Assembly: GCF_036365525.1 (NCBI RefSeq)
Contig: NC_090404.1
Coordinates: 33,780,236 to 33,844,235, forward strand
Reading direction: 5' to 3'
DNA length: 64,000 nucleotides
Source: Heterodontus francisci
Taxonomy: Eukaryota
The notes beneath the pieces are model-generated. The model was not told where the DNA came from. It ran no database searches and saw only the letters and a list, made by a program, of their open reading frames with translations. Below, piece after piece: positions 34,721 to 45,329 of the stretch (position 1 is its first letter; each line of letters begins with the position of its first letter). Both the position numbers and the translations under genes were made by a program.

Positions 34721-37075
34721 ACCAACCCTATTGCCGAAACATCTCATCTTTGAAGACTTCCTGTTATGCTTACTGTTTTACCTACCAATTTTTGATTACA
34801 ATCCAATATCTACTTCTGTTCAAACTAATCTCCAATACTAATTATTATATTTTCGGAATCCTCACATCTAACGTTCAGTCATTGCAAGCTTGCAGGTTAT
34901 CGACAAAGACAATGATGCAAGGTATACATAGTACAACAGGATGGTTCAGAACGAACCAATATGGAGAAACGTGACCGAGAAGAGCGGCCATTTATGAATT
35001 GTTAATTCATTCATCAGCAGTAAATCAGAATCTTCTGTCAAATGAGGAAAACATTATAAAATTACAAAGTGTTCATTTGATGTCACTTCTGACCGTTTCA
35101 GTGAATATACTAGGAATAATGTAAAAGTAAGGTTGGAACTGAGAATCTCTTTATTACGCTAGTTTGGGATTGTTTCTTCTCAATATAAATGTGACACACT
35201 ATTAAAGAAACTGTTCAGGTTAGATTCAGCTCTGTTAATTGGCCCTGTCGTTAACTCTGTTCCCTAACCACTGGTTCTATCGGCCTACCTGACCACTGTC
35301 TTCGGCACAAGCAGACTGTTCACAGTCTCTACATCCTCTTCATACCAGAGCCTCATATCCTTTCACCCCATATTCTCTCAACACAATGAACGCCCACTTC
35401 AGTCTCTAACATCACCTGCCCGCAATACTACCTCAGACAATTTGCAACTGATCCCTTCCTGCATGCCTTTATCAGCTTTATTTCCTGCAATGCAGAAACA
35501 TCAGTTTACCCAACAGTCGCCAGCTGCACCAAGTTCCAATCAACCATCAGTCCTGTCCTCGCTGATATTTATTACTTCCCTATGTTTCCAATTTAAAAGT
35601 CTTCTACTTGTCTTCATCTCGCTTTTTCCTACTTCTAGATCCTCCCTCAGTACTGAACCCTGTGTCTCTAATTAAATTAAAGGCACGACATAAATTCAAG
35701 TAGTTATTGCTGATTTGAGGGATCGGTTTATAATTTGACTATTGCTGAATAAATATTGTTATAGTTGAGAATTCTAACAATGTGGGTTTCAAGAAATTGT
35801 GAATAAACCTTATTGAGGAACTATAGGAAGTGTTGAAGTGAAAATAAATTGTGAAACTTTCCTCAGAACTGGATCAATGGGAAAAGATGGATTCTGCTTC
35901 AGTCTGTTACAGGTGGCCAAGAAATTAAGTATGGGGCATGATTTACGATTCTACACTTCTAGCACAGATCTGGAATTTGCACAATCCCAACCCCATAAGT
36001 TTCAATGGACTGAAAAGCGGGTACTGGGAGTGCGACATTCCCATTCATTTGAATGAAGAAAAGTGAGACACAGAGCAAACTGGTCTGTGGGACAGTGGAA
36101 GGCTGGGACTAGTTCAGTAAAATCATGTGGCAGAATTCGAGGATTTGGCAATCGCTAAAACAAATAGGTTCAAAACATTCCGAAGCACCCAATGGAATTT
36201 ACAATATGTGCTGTGAGCCAGAGATATTTTGCGCTCTGCTGTGTTAGGGTGAAATATACAAACAAGCAGATATAATTTAAATATTCAAGGCACACAACAT
36301 AGGCAGAGTTGGGCGGGGCTCGTTCAGGAGTCTAGAAAATATTGGTAGCGAAAAATAATATCACAGAAAAATAGATAAATCTCCAATCATATGTGATTTT
36401 CTTTTACAAAAGACTGGTTGAAAAATATATACATCTTTTTAAAACAATCAAAGAGGAAGTAATGAAATGACAAAGTGGAAATAAACAAATTAATTAGCTG
36501 GAAAACGACCAACACCAACAATGCAAGTAGTAAATTCTTAATCATTGGGCAAGTTGGAAGATCACATAAAATGATTTGCCTATGATAGTGTGAATGTGAA
36601 TACCATTGACAGATATTAATACCATTGCTTTACTCGTTGTATTCAGGCAGAGGAGGCAAAGAATGAAATTAGTTCGAAATATCACCGTTGCTCATCTCAG
36701 GGAACCGCATTTAACGCTTGATTTTCCTAAGTTCAATATTCTGCAACCACTTTTAAATAAACAAATTAACCTTTGAATTAATGTAGCGGACAGAATAAAG
36801 TGGTTGGTCCTGGAATATCACATCGGAAAGCTGACAGTTTTTTGCTTTTTATTTAAGCTGGGAGGTATCGGTTGTTTGGGAGGTAATTCCATTGAGGAAC
36901 AACATGTATCGAGGTGTGAAATGGAACCAATCGGCTTTTCTCACCATCCACTCGCCTGCCTTCTTCGAGAGTTTTTCCTTTTGATAAGTGACATGTTCTA
37001 TCTCTGCGATAAAAGCTGTACCTTAGCAATGTTTCTAGTCTAATCTGTATCACACTGTTCACCTTCAAATACAAT

Positions 37076-37266
37076 GGGCCAGAAATTCTTCTCAGGCGAT
37101 GGCGCAGAACAGGCTTTATCGGATCAGGCGCCTGTTAAAGGCAGCGCCTGATATTCAGTTCCATTGTTGACAACGGAATTTAATATCAAGCGCTGCATAG
37201 AACGGGCGGCCGATCCGATCCGATCCCACCCGTTTTACATCACCGCCCAAGATGAATATCGAGCAC
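37076..37266. mobile_element. ~190-bp imperfect palindrome (MITE-like)
   Basis: Left arm ...ATCGGATCAGGCGCCTGTTAAAGGCAGCGCCTGATATTCAGTTCCATTG pairs with right arm CAACGGAATTTAATATCAAGCGCTGCATAGAACGGGCGGCCGATCCGAT...; related fragment at ~56985-57105. Confidence 0.75.
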
Positions 37267-37546
37267 TCAGATTCCAAATAAATAGACTGCTTCCTCAAAT
37301 TTAAAATAAGTTAGTAATTCAAGACGTCACTATTCTCCTTAAAGCAGTAAATAAAGAGACCACTTATTTCATTTCCAAACACAGACTTTAAAAGAGAACC
37401 TACTTTTTACACTGTAACCTACTGTAGTTTCAAAGTTCTCTGCTGTTCAGCGCAGTCTTATACACAGAGCCCTCCTATTAGCTGAAACATGGGTGTCCAG
37501 GGAAGTGGTTTCCATATACCCAGGATTCCAACAGAAGAACAGTCTA

Positions 37547-37819
37547 GGGGGTGAAATTGGTCTACATCAGTAGCACAACAGCGGCTCATCGTGAATCGGC
37601 AGTTGGTTTTTCACCAGGTCTCATGGACTTTCCACTGTGGTTCACAGTTCAAGCTCTTTCAGAAGCTCGATAGTTTCATTGATACTTTGACTTAGTTTGA
37701 AATTAAAACCTTGGCAACGTTTTCCAAGTCAATGAGTGAAAATAGCTGCCACCTTGTTTAACAGGCTGTCCATTCACTATGCCCCGTTTTGCGCTACAGG
37801 ATGAGACCAATTTCGTCCC
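37547..37819. mobile_element. MITE-like element with ~35-bp terminal inverted repeats
   Basis: GGGGGTGAAATTGGTCTACATCAGTAGCACAA ... TTTTGCGCTACAGGATGAGACCAATTTCGTCCC. Confidence 0.7.
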
Positions 37820-38406
37820 GACAATGGGTCAGTTTCTAGGTCGCTGACATGTGCGCCTTTAATCCAGAGTCACAAATGTCAGAATTTGTACTTGCAGGTT
37901 GTGTGCCGATATTAACTGAACAGATACTCTTTTATACAAAAAGGTTTTTAGAAGTGGCACAGAATTCGTAAACAGCAGTTTATACAATTTCATCCACTCC
38001 TTGCTTGGAGAAATTTTCTCTCGCCCCAGAATTGCATTAATTTATGAATCTGAAATAGTTTACATTAAGGATATACAGGGACAGCTCTGTAAGGAAGTAA
38101 CCTCAGAAGACTCGGTCAGTTTTATCTGTTGAAACTAACATCATCTACTCAGATCAGCATCTAAAGTCATACATGAGAGGTAAATTACAGAATTAAATCC
38201 ATGTTCAATTTATTCTTGGGTAAAATCGCTTTTGAAAAATATATTCTAAGTTTAAGCCAAATAAACTGATAGCTAACCTAACCGAGTCAGTTGAAAAACT
38301 GCAGCTATTGCGTTTGTTGTTCAGGCAATTTTGAACGAGAGCACTGATTTTTCTTACCCTCTATCGAAAAGATTTTAGTGATAAAGTAGCAAGAGAGGTG
38401 ACTTAC

Positions 38407-38459
38407 CAGAGTTCACAGTCAGCACGGTGCCAGCTCCGTCGTAGTAGTAACTGGAGCTA
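38407..38459 (-). CDS. IgNAR: IgNAR J segment (SSSYYYDGAGTVLTVNS)
   Basis: GAGTVLTVN FR4 motif typical of VNAR; donor TCT G|GTAAGT, phase 1. Confidence 0.96.
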
Positions 38460-38498
38460 CACAGTCAGTCAGCTCCCAGTCAGCCCAGTTCAAAAAGG
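38460..38498 (+). other. J RSS, 23-bp spacer
   Basis: Heptamer CACAGTC (38460-66), 23 nt, nonamer TCAAAAAGG (38490-98). Confidence 0.9.
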
Positions 38499-38811
38499 GT
38501 CAATGAAACAATGGTCCGTTAATAAATATAACAAAGTAACACTGATCAAAAGGATCATTCGAATATATTAGTGATTAATAAATCTTCATTTTCCTGTCAG
38601 TTGCTATCCATCCAGCTATTTTCTATGTACAATGTGAACTCCTGTAGCTCTGAAAAAAACATTCCGCTGATTTAACATCGGAGAATGGGGATAGATTTCA
38701 AACAAAGGTCGACCTAAAATTGATTTCAAACTCTGTGTAGTAACAACGATGAGGAAGAAATCGCATTATGCAGCCGCATTCACTAATAGTTAAATAAATA
38801 ACTGTTTGAGA

Positions 38812-38879
38812 GGTTTGTGCTGTTGCCTGAATCACTGTGTCATCGCAGCTGCACATCATTTCACACCAGCACAAGAAAT
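38812..38879 (-). other. IgNAR: IgNAR D3 segment (coding 38840-38851, CAGCTGCGATGA) with 12/12 RSSs
   Basis: J-facing RSS CACAGTG-12-GCACAAACC (38839-38812); V-facing RSS CACATCA-12-ACAAGAAAT (38852-38879); one frame encodes S-C-D. Confidence 0.88.
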
Positions 38880-39207
38880 CCAATGTTGCAAACATCACAG
38901 AAAAATCCTTCAGATATTCCAAGATATTGATTGAAAGATGCAGTAAATATGATTCAAATCATTGCCTCTATATTGGAATCCCATTAGACGTTTATAATTC
39001 TCAGCCACTCATACAAATCCTGGAGAAACATCAATGCTCTATTATGAATATGATGATAACAATTATAAAATAATCACCTCAATGAATAAAGAAAAGGCTT
39101 TAATATACAAGCCAGTGTCTGACAGAGACAAGGAATATTTAACCATGAGGTTTCTTGGCCATTCAGAGGTTAATTTGCATTTTCTTCTTAATAAGAAGAG
39201 TGGGGAA

Positions 39208-39288
39208 AGTTTATGTATTGTGGGAATTCAAGATTCATTACTGTGGTGCATACGCAGTTACACAGTCACAGCGTTCAGTACAAAAAGG
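39208..39288 (-). other. IgNAR: IgNAR D2 segment (coding 39246-39260, TAACTGCGTATGCAC) with 12/22 RSSs
   Basis: V-facing CACAGTC-12-ACAAAAAGG (39261-39288); J-facing CACAGTA-22-ACATAAACT (39245-39208); one frame encodes N-C-V-C. Confidence 0.92.
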
Positions 39289-39477
39289 TCTCATGTACAT
39301 CAATACAAGTGACTCAGGTCGAGACGCATGCTGCAATCCGGATTCCCGAAATAATACATTTTGCCAAGGTTTTCTGAGAATGAAGAGTGTTATCCCTCCA
39401 AAATACTTAGTATCTACTCTTCATACTTCAGCATCAGAGAAATATTGCCCTTTTTCCAATGAAAATAGTGTTTTCAT

Positions 39478-39560
39478 AGTTTGTGAATGACAGGAACCAG
39501 CTCTTCGATTGCTGTGGCTACTGAAGTATCGACACAGTGGTACAGCCCAGTACAAAAACA
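39478..39560 (-). other. IgNAR: IgNAR D1 segment (coding 39517-39532, TCGATACTTCAGTAGC) with 12/23 RSSs
   Basis: V-facing CACAGTG-12-ACAAAAACA (39533-39560); J-facing CACAGCA-23-TCACAAACT (39516-39478). Confidence 0.92.
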
Positions 39561-39749
39561 GGTTTACTTGCATAAATGTAAGTTCAACAGCGACTCTGCA
39601 TATCCAACTGTCCCGTTTGGGGGTCTTTGCTGCGCGGTCTGTCACCAGCTATTTGCAAATCATCTCCAGTCTCAGAATCAATGCTGCAAATTAAGTTTCA
39701 GTGAAAAGAGCGAAACAATTCGTATTTTCTTCCCTTGGAGATTGGAAAA

Positions 39750-39787
39750 TGTTTTTGTATTGGTGAACGCTCAGACACATTACTGTG
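39750..39787 (-). other. V RSS, 22-bp spacer (23-type)
   Basis: Heptamer CACAGTA (39787-81), 22 nt, nonamer ACAAAAACA (39758-50). Confidence 0.93.
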
Positions 39788-40058
39788 CCTTGCGCTTTGC
39801 AGTAATAGGTGACACTGTCTTCAACTGTCAGGTCCTTGATTTGCAGAGAAAATGACTTTGCTCCCTTGTTGACTGATTCAACATATCGTCCGCCAATCGT
39901 TATGCGTTCCCAATCTGTTGAACCCGGATTATTCCGGAACCAAGATGTGCCGTACAAACCACAGCTAGAATCAGTGAAGACGCAGTTAATGGTCAGGGAT
40001 TCGCCTGTCTCTCTCGTTGCCGTTCTTGGTGTTTGGTTCACTCTTGCAGTGAAGGCAT
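39788..40058 (-). CDS. IgNAR: IgNAR V segment (VNAR, type II: non-canonical Cys in CDR1)
   Basis: (N)AFT-ARVNQTPRTATRETGESLTINCVFTDSSCGLYGTSWFRNNPGSTDWERITIGGRYVESVNKGAKSFSLQIKDLTVEDSVTYYCKAQG; short V domain lacking CDR2; both canonical Cys and Trp intact; no type I FR2 Cys and no type III CDR1 Trp; acceptor CCATTCAG. Confidence 0.98.
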
Positions 40059-40198
40059 CTGAATGGAGAAAAATATATTTAGTACATCGCTTGTCTGAAA
40101 CAATACAAGAGTTTAAAGGTAAGACAATTTCCACAATGTCACACAGCCACGCAGTTTTATGCAATTAACATGTAATCTCTTTAATAAACAGCACTTAC

Positions 40199-40241
40199 TT
40201 GGTAACCAGGTTAAAAGGACCGAAACCCAAACAATATTCAT
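40199..40241 (-). CDS. IgNAR: IgNAR leader exon (MNIVWVSVLLTWLP)
   Basis: ACC ATG start, hydrophobic signal peptide like known IgNAR leaders (MNI...SVLL...LP), donor CCA A|GTAAGT, phase 1, 140-nt intron to V. Confidence 0.95.
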
Positions 40242-40334
40242 GGTTTGTTCACCAGCAGGGAACAATTTAAACAAAGTGAGCTCCAGACCTCAGCACTGAC
40301 TGTTCTGTGTAACGGTGTGTGTCTGAACACCGAC

Positions 40335-40375
40335 CTTATAAACCTGGGGAGACTAGGCTGATTTGCATAGGGCGG
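40335..40375 (-). promoter_or_regulatory. IgNAR V promoter: GC box, octamer, TATA
   Basis: Sense-strand ATGCAAAT (40368-40361), TTTATAAG (40342-40335) and adjacent GGGCGG (40370-40375), ~95-135 nt upstream of the ATG. Confidence 0.85.
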
Positions 40376-40809
40376 CTTGAGAGACCATGAGCAGTGAGTA
40401 TAACTCACCATGGGCTGTTGCATTTTGTTTCCCACATCCGTAGTCACACTGGAAAATCTGCATCCAATTAACATGAACAGTTCAGTAGATTTATATAGAA
40501 CAGACTTCACGTTAGCTGTGTTGGGTTTGTTTGCATTCAAGCTGATCGCATTTCCATCCTTACTCAGTTTAAAGAAATGGTGATATGTTAATACTATAAT
40601 AGTAACAGCATGTATATCAGCTTGACACAGCGAATGCAGTAAAAAGCGTTCTTTCAAATAATTACGACTGAAAACTCTAATTCCTTTGCTGTGGCAAATG
40701 GAGCCGCAACCCCGCGGTTACCATGAGCCCCAAGTTTGGCATCCGCTGCATTAATAGAAACAGACCTGCAGCTTTGATTTGTGTTGTCATCTCTCGACAT
40801 TTCATAACA

Positions 40810-42680
40810 TAGTTTGCAATGTATGTAGATTTTAAGAAAGTCGTTGAAAAGTTATTGCAGCTGACGTTACGTAAAGATTAAAAAGTTTAGAATTGAGAGG
40901 AGAGTAAACTGGATTGAAAGAGACTAGAAGAGAGAAAACAGAGAACTCATTATGTTAACAGTGGTTTGAAGTGGGCAGTGGTATCCCACAGGATTCATGT
41001 TCTCGGAACACTTACATCAATGATTTAGATCAAGGCCTAAAGAGAGTGTTAAGAAATTTAAATATAATGCCAAAATAATTATTTAGAAGAACAAAGGGAT
41101 AGTGATAAAATGGTGAATGGGCTGAAAAGTAGCAAATTGAAGTCAATATCAGTAAATATGAGTTGATGCATTTTTGCAAAATAAAACAGTAATTATCTTC
41201 TGAATTGAAGTAAGCTTGGTGTTGTGGAATGGCAGAGTGATTTCAGGATAAAGGTTTAGAGGAAATTAAAGGAAGCACCTCAGGTTACTAAGGCTCTAAA
41301 ATGCTAATGTGACTCCACGTTTTATCATAAGTGGTACAGACAGAGAAAACAAGAGATAATGATGAACCTATATAAAATCTTCATATACTTCAATTAGAGT
41401 ATTATGTGCAGTATTCTGATGCACCGTATATTATGGATAATGAGGTTTCAAAGTTGTACTAGGATGTTGCCTGATATGAGGAAATGCAAATACTTGAAAA
41501 TGGAGCCTTTTTTGTTTGAACAACTTCGAATATGCGTCCATATAATAGACATGATTAAAATTAGGAAGAAATGGGATAGGGGAGATGGGACAGGTTACAT
41601 AGAAGCAGACTTATTTCAGTCACTGAGGAATCTAGAAGCAGGAGATTATATGTAAGGGATTTCAAACTGAGGGCAGAAGAGACTTCTTCACACAGAGGGT
41701 TGTCAGGCTGTGTTATTCACTTCCTGGATTAGTGATTGATGCAGATACTATGTCAAAATTCACGATTAGATTGAATAACTGCATAAAGGAAAGTGGGTGA
41801 AGGGATGTGGAATTAAAGCGGGTAAATGCGATTCGAAATATTTACTTGCCCAGGGGTAAAGGACGATTCAGACTGGTTGAGCTAATAGTTTGCTATCTAT
41901 AAATAACTTGGATCTGGAAATACAAAGTAGAATATTTTTAAAATGCTGATGACACCAAACCTGGTGGAGTGGAAAACAGTGAGGATGATAACAATCAACT
42001 ACACAGGACATAGCTGGGCTGTTAGAATGGGCAGATAAGTGGCAGATGGAATTTAATACTGACAAGTGTGAGGTTGTGCATTTTGGCAGGAGAAATAGGA
42101 TGAGACAATATCGACTTATTGGCATAGTTCTAAAGCGTTTGAAGGGAGCAGGACACATTGAGAAAGTGGTTAGTAAAGTTTGTGGGATTTTGGGCTTCAT
42201 AAATAGAGCTATGGAGTACAAAAACAGGGAAGTTATGCTGAGCCATTATAAAGTTCCGGATTTGGCGACAACTGGGCTGCGAAGGTCCTTGAAAGGGTGT
42301 GGAGGCGATTTCGCAAAATGTTTCCAGGGGTGAGGAAATTCAGCTAAAAGGTGAGGTTGGAAAAACTGGGGTCGTTCTCCTTGGAGCAAAGGAGATTGAG
42401 GGGAGATTTGATAGAAGTGGACAAGATTATCACAAGCTTACATAAGTTAGACAAGGAACAACTGTTCCCATTAATTGATGATAATAGAACTAAAGGGCAT
42501 GGAGTGAAGATTTTGGGCAAGAGTTGAAGTGAGAGTCTGAGGAAAAGCCTTTTACGTAATGAGCGATAATGACCTGGAACTCACTGCCCACGGCGGTGGT
42601 TGAAGCTGAGACAATCAATAACTTCAGAAGGAAATTGGATGGTCACTTGAAGGAAATAAACTTGCAGGGCCTGGGCATTG
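40810..42680 (+). mobile_element. Two successive degenerate CR1 LINE fragments
   Basis: ORFs 41404..41655, 42046..42333 (MEFNTDKCEVVHFGRRN) and 42569..42829 (WNSLP..VVEA); the tail of the second resumes at ~43640-43740. Confidence 0.85.
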
Positions 42681-42687
42681 CAGAGGA

Positions 42688-43631
42688 TGTAAATTTCTCT
42701 CAAGTCTGGAAAGACCATTGTGGACAATCTTTTCGGGAAATACCTTTACCAGTTAAAGCAACAGGATACTTGATTATTAAGTCCAGAAATTCTATTGACA
42801 GTAAAATAGTACTTAATAATTGGAAGTAAAATAGCACTGAACAAACTTGGGAATATAACTATACAGCTGTAGCAGTTGCACAGACTGGTCGAGTTTTGTT
42901 GGAGAGTGATGCAGTCCTCTTCATTCATCTAGATCCCTCTTCAGATGGAGAACTTGGCTGATTATTTATGCCTCTATCGCCAAAGTTTTCTAGTGTTTCT
43001 GCGCAACGAAACCTTACAAGACCCCTGCTTTTAACCCCTGTGTGGTCAGCAGGTCATCTCAGAGTCAGGTTCGTGTAAAACAATAATTGGCTCTAGCTGT
43101 TGCTAGGCAAATTTAATTGTTTGTTAATGATGTCTTCTCCTAACAGCCACCTGGTCTCAGAATCTCGGACATGAGTGGAATTAAATGGTTTAATATTAAA
43201 TCTGATTCTGATATTAAACAAGTTTTCTATTGATTAAAGCCAGACAATTGAAGGCCAAGATATGCCATCCAATGGACTTTATCGGGGACCTGGAAAGGTC
43301 CATTGTTTGAATACATTTAGCTGAAACTGCTCTTTCCCACACAGAGACAGAAACTCATAGTAACTTGCTTCAATACACTTTAAATAAAAACACAGTCTTT
43401 CTAAAATGATGATTGATTCATTAATTATAACTCAATCAAGATTCATCACTTTAATAATCATTGGTTTTATGATGAGTAACAATTTAATAATCAGTACAGG
43501 ATACAAATGTTAGCACTGAGCACAAGGTAGCTTCTTTAGTCACGTGTTAATTACAAAATGGCTTCCTTGACCTTGTTAATCATTCCAGTGGATACAGGAT
43601 AAAAATGGTCAGGTTAAACTAAAATCTAACA
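42688..43631. mobile_element. ~940-bp insertion splitting a CR1 tail; possible solo LTR
   Basis: CR1 3' UTR breaks at ~42675 and resumes at ~43640; insert begins TGTAA and ends TAACA; no clear target-site duplication. Confidence 0.4.
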
Positions 43632-44945
43632 ACCCAAGCTTGTCTGCAAGGGGACTGGGAATGACTGGATTGATCAGCAGAAATCTGGCATGAACTCTAT
43701 GTGAAGAATGGCCTCATTATGGTCGTAAATGACTATGACACATTGCGGGAGAGCACTCTGTGCAATACTTTGATTGTGTTAGCGAATTCCATAATTCTCC
43801 TCATTTGATGTCATCATCGAATTTCGTTACTTCGCATTGAGACTTTGGCTGTCTTTGTGTAACAGTGACATGACCTAGCAGATTATGGATCCCTGCTGGT
43901 GAAAGGGAATTATTCATCCGACTATGTGCCTTACGATTAATGGGGCAGGTGATCTTCGTACCCGAAAGGTTTTCCAGCAGCTGTTAGTTGTGTTTATCTG
44001 ATCAAGCGCTCTCCAACCATCTGTTGGCGTTCATACTCCTGGTCTATCTTCATGGATAATACACAATGACTCAGCTGCAATCGCTCTGACTGAAGCAACA
44101 TGCACTACATCCTGAAAAGGACCAAACCACGTTCCCGTTGGAAGGTATATGTGTAACCTTCCCTTGAGGGCAGAGGCGAGTTCTCTCTGAACCCTTCATG
44201 GTAGGCAAGTCTATCAGCCCTCAGTGCCTATTTTGAAAAGTTACTCTACAAATATTGGTCTCCCTGCAAAAGTCAAAAGTGCATTTTCTGCTGCTGCCCT
44301 GTGCACATGCTCTTCGAATGAAAACCGTGAAATTACGCTCCTTTTCGCGTTATTTTTTCCAGAAATTAATGGGCATTAAACCACTGTCTGGAAATGCTTT
44401 GATGCACATTTGCCGATAATCTTCTCAAACAAATGTATTTGTGATCGATATTTGCTGGAATGTGGGTCCAGTGACAGAATTCACACCAAGGGAATGACCA
44501 TGAAATCAAAAGTGGTGTTAACCAGTAGGGATCGTCATTCTGAATCTTGGTCATTTACTTAACCTGGCAGCATGCAAGTGTTAATCGATCACGGTAGAAT
44601 TCACAGTGTGACAGTTATTTCCGATTTGATTATTACTGATATTAACTCAGTCTGATTTCGATGTCTGATACCAAAAGCATTCATTCTGCCTGACATCACC
44701 ACCTGATATTAGTGTTAATGAAGTTGGTGAATTAGCATTTCGAGCATTTGGAAGCATTTCCACTTTTGTTGATTTAATTCAGACATTATTTAATTTATTT
44801 TACTCTTGTGAGCATTCCAATTAAGAAATGGAAAGAGGAATGTCACTGCGACGCATTTCCTATGCTCCTATCTTCAATACTAGTGCAAATTATTAACCAT
44901 CTGTTAGCGTGGGAGTGCAACATCAAAGGTCGGGTTTGCCCCCGG

Positions 44946-45093
44946 CTATTTATAGACTGAGATTCTCATATAACTTTCAGGAAGTAAAACTAGGAGATGA
45001 GTCAATGAGTGCAGTTATACGACAGGTAGCAGTGTCAGATTACCACGGGTGGGCTGATGTTGAGCTGGCTGAGTCAGAGACATTGCCACCTGC
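44946..45093. promoter_or_regulatory. Candidate upstream enhancer (motif cluster)
   Basis: MEF2 CTATTTATAG (44946-55), ETS CAGGAAGT (44978-85), AP-1 TGAGTCA twice (44998-45004, 45070-76), E2A CACCTGC (45087-93). Confidence 0.4.
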
Positions 45094-45329
45094 ACCTTAG
45101 CTCAAAGATCAGGGGGCAAAGCAACATTGCGTGAGCTCCATTCTCTGCGCAGATACTTTGCAATGTTAGGCTAAAGAGGATGGGTGTTCCACATTTAAAG
45201 CAGTTGTCGTTAAACCCTTGCTTTGCATTGGGCTGTAGTTATATATTACCCGGAGCTGCTGGTTGGAGCTGGTTTTACAACTCTTTAGTGTATTTCAATC
45301 TCACCAGCTGCAAACAGATTCCCGTCCAT

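Noticed and set aside
29968-38406. Classical switch region or extra hinge exon in the J-C1 intron
   Set aside because: No tandem WGCW-rich array or convincing phase 1-1 mini-exon seen; intron is mostly L2/CR1/SINE debris.
39691-40164. V as TCR/NAR-TCR V, or ORF start at 40164
   Set aside because: It is followed by three Ds, a VNAR-type J and five IgNAR C exons, with no supporting TCR-delta V; the true start is the spliced leader at 40241.
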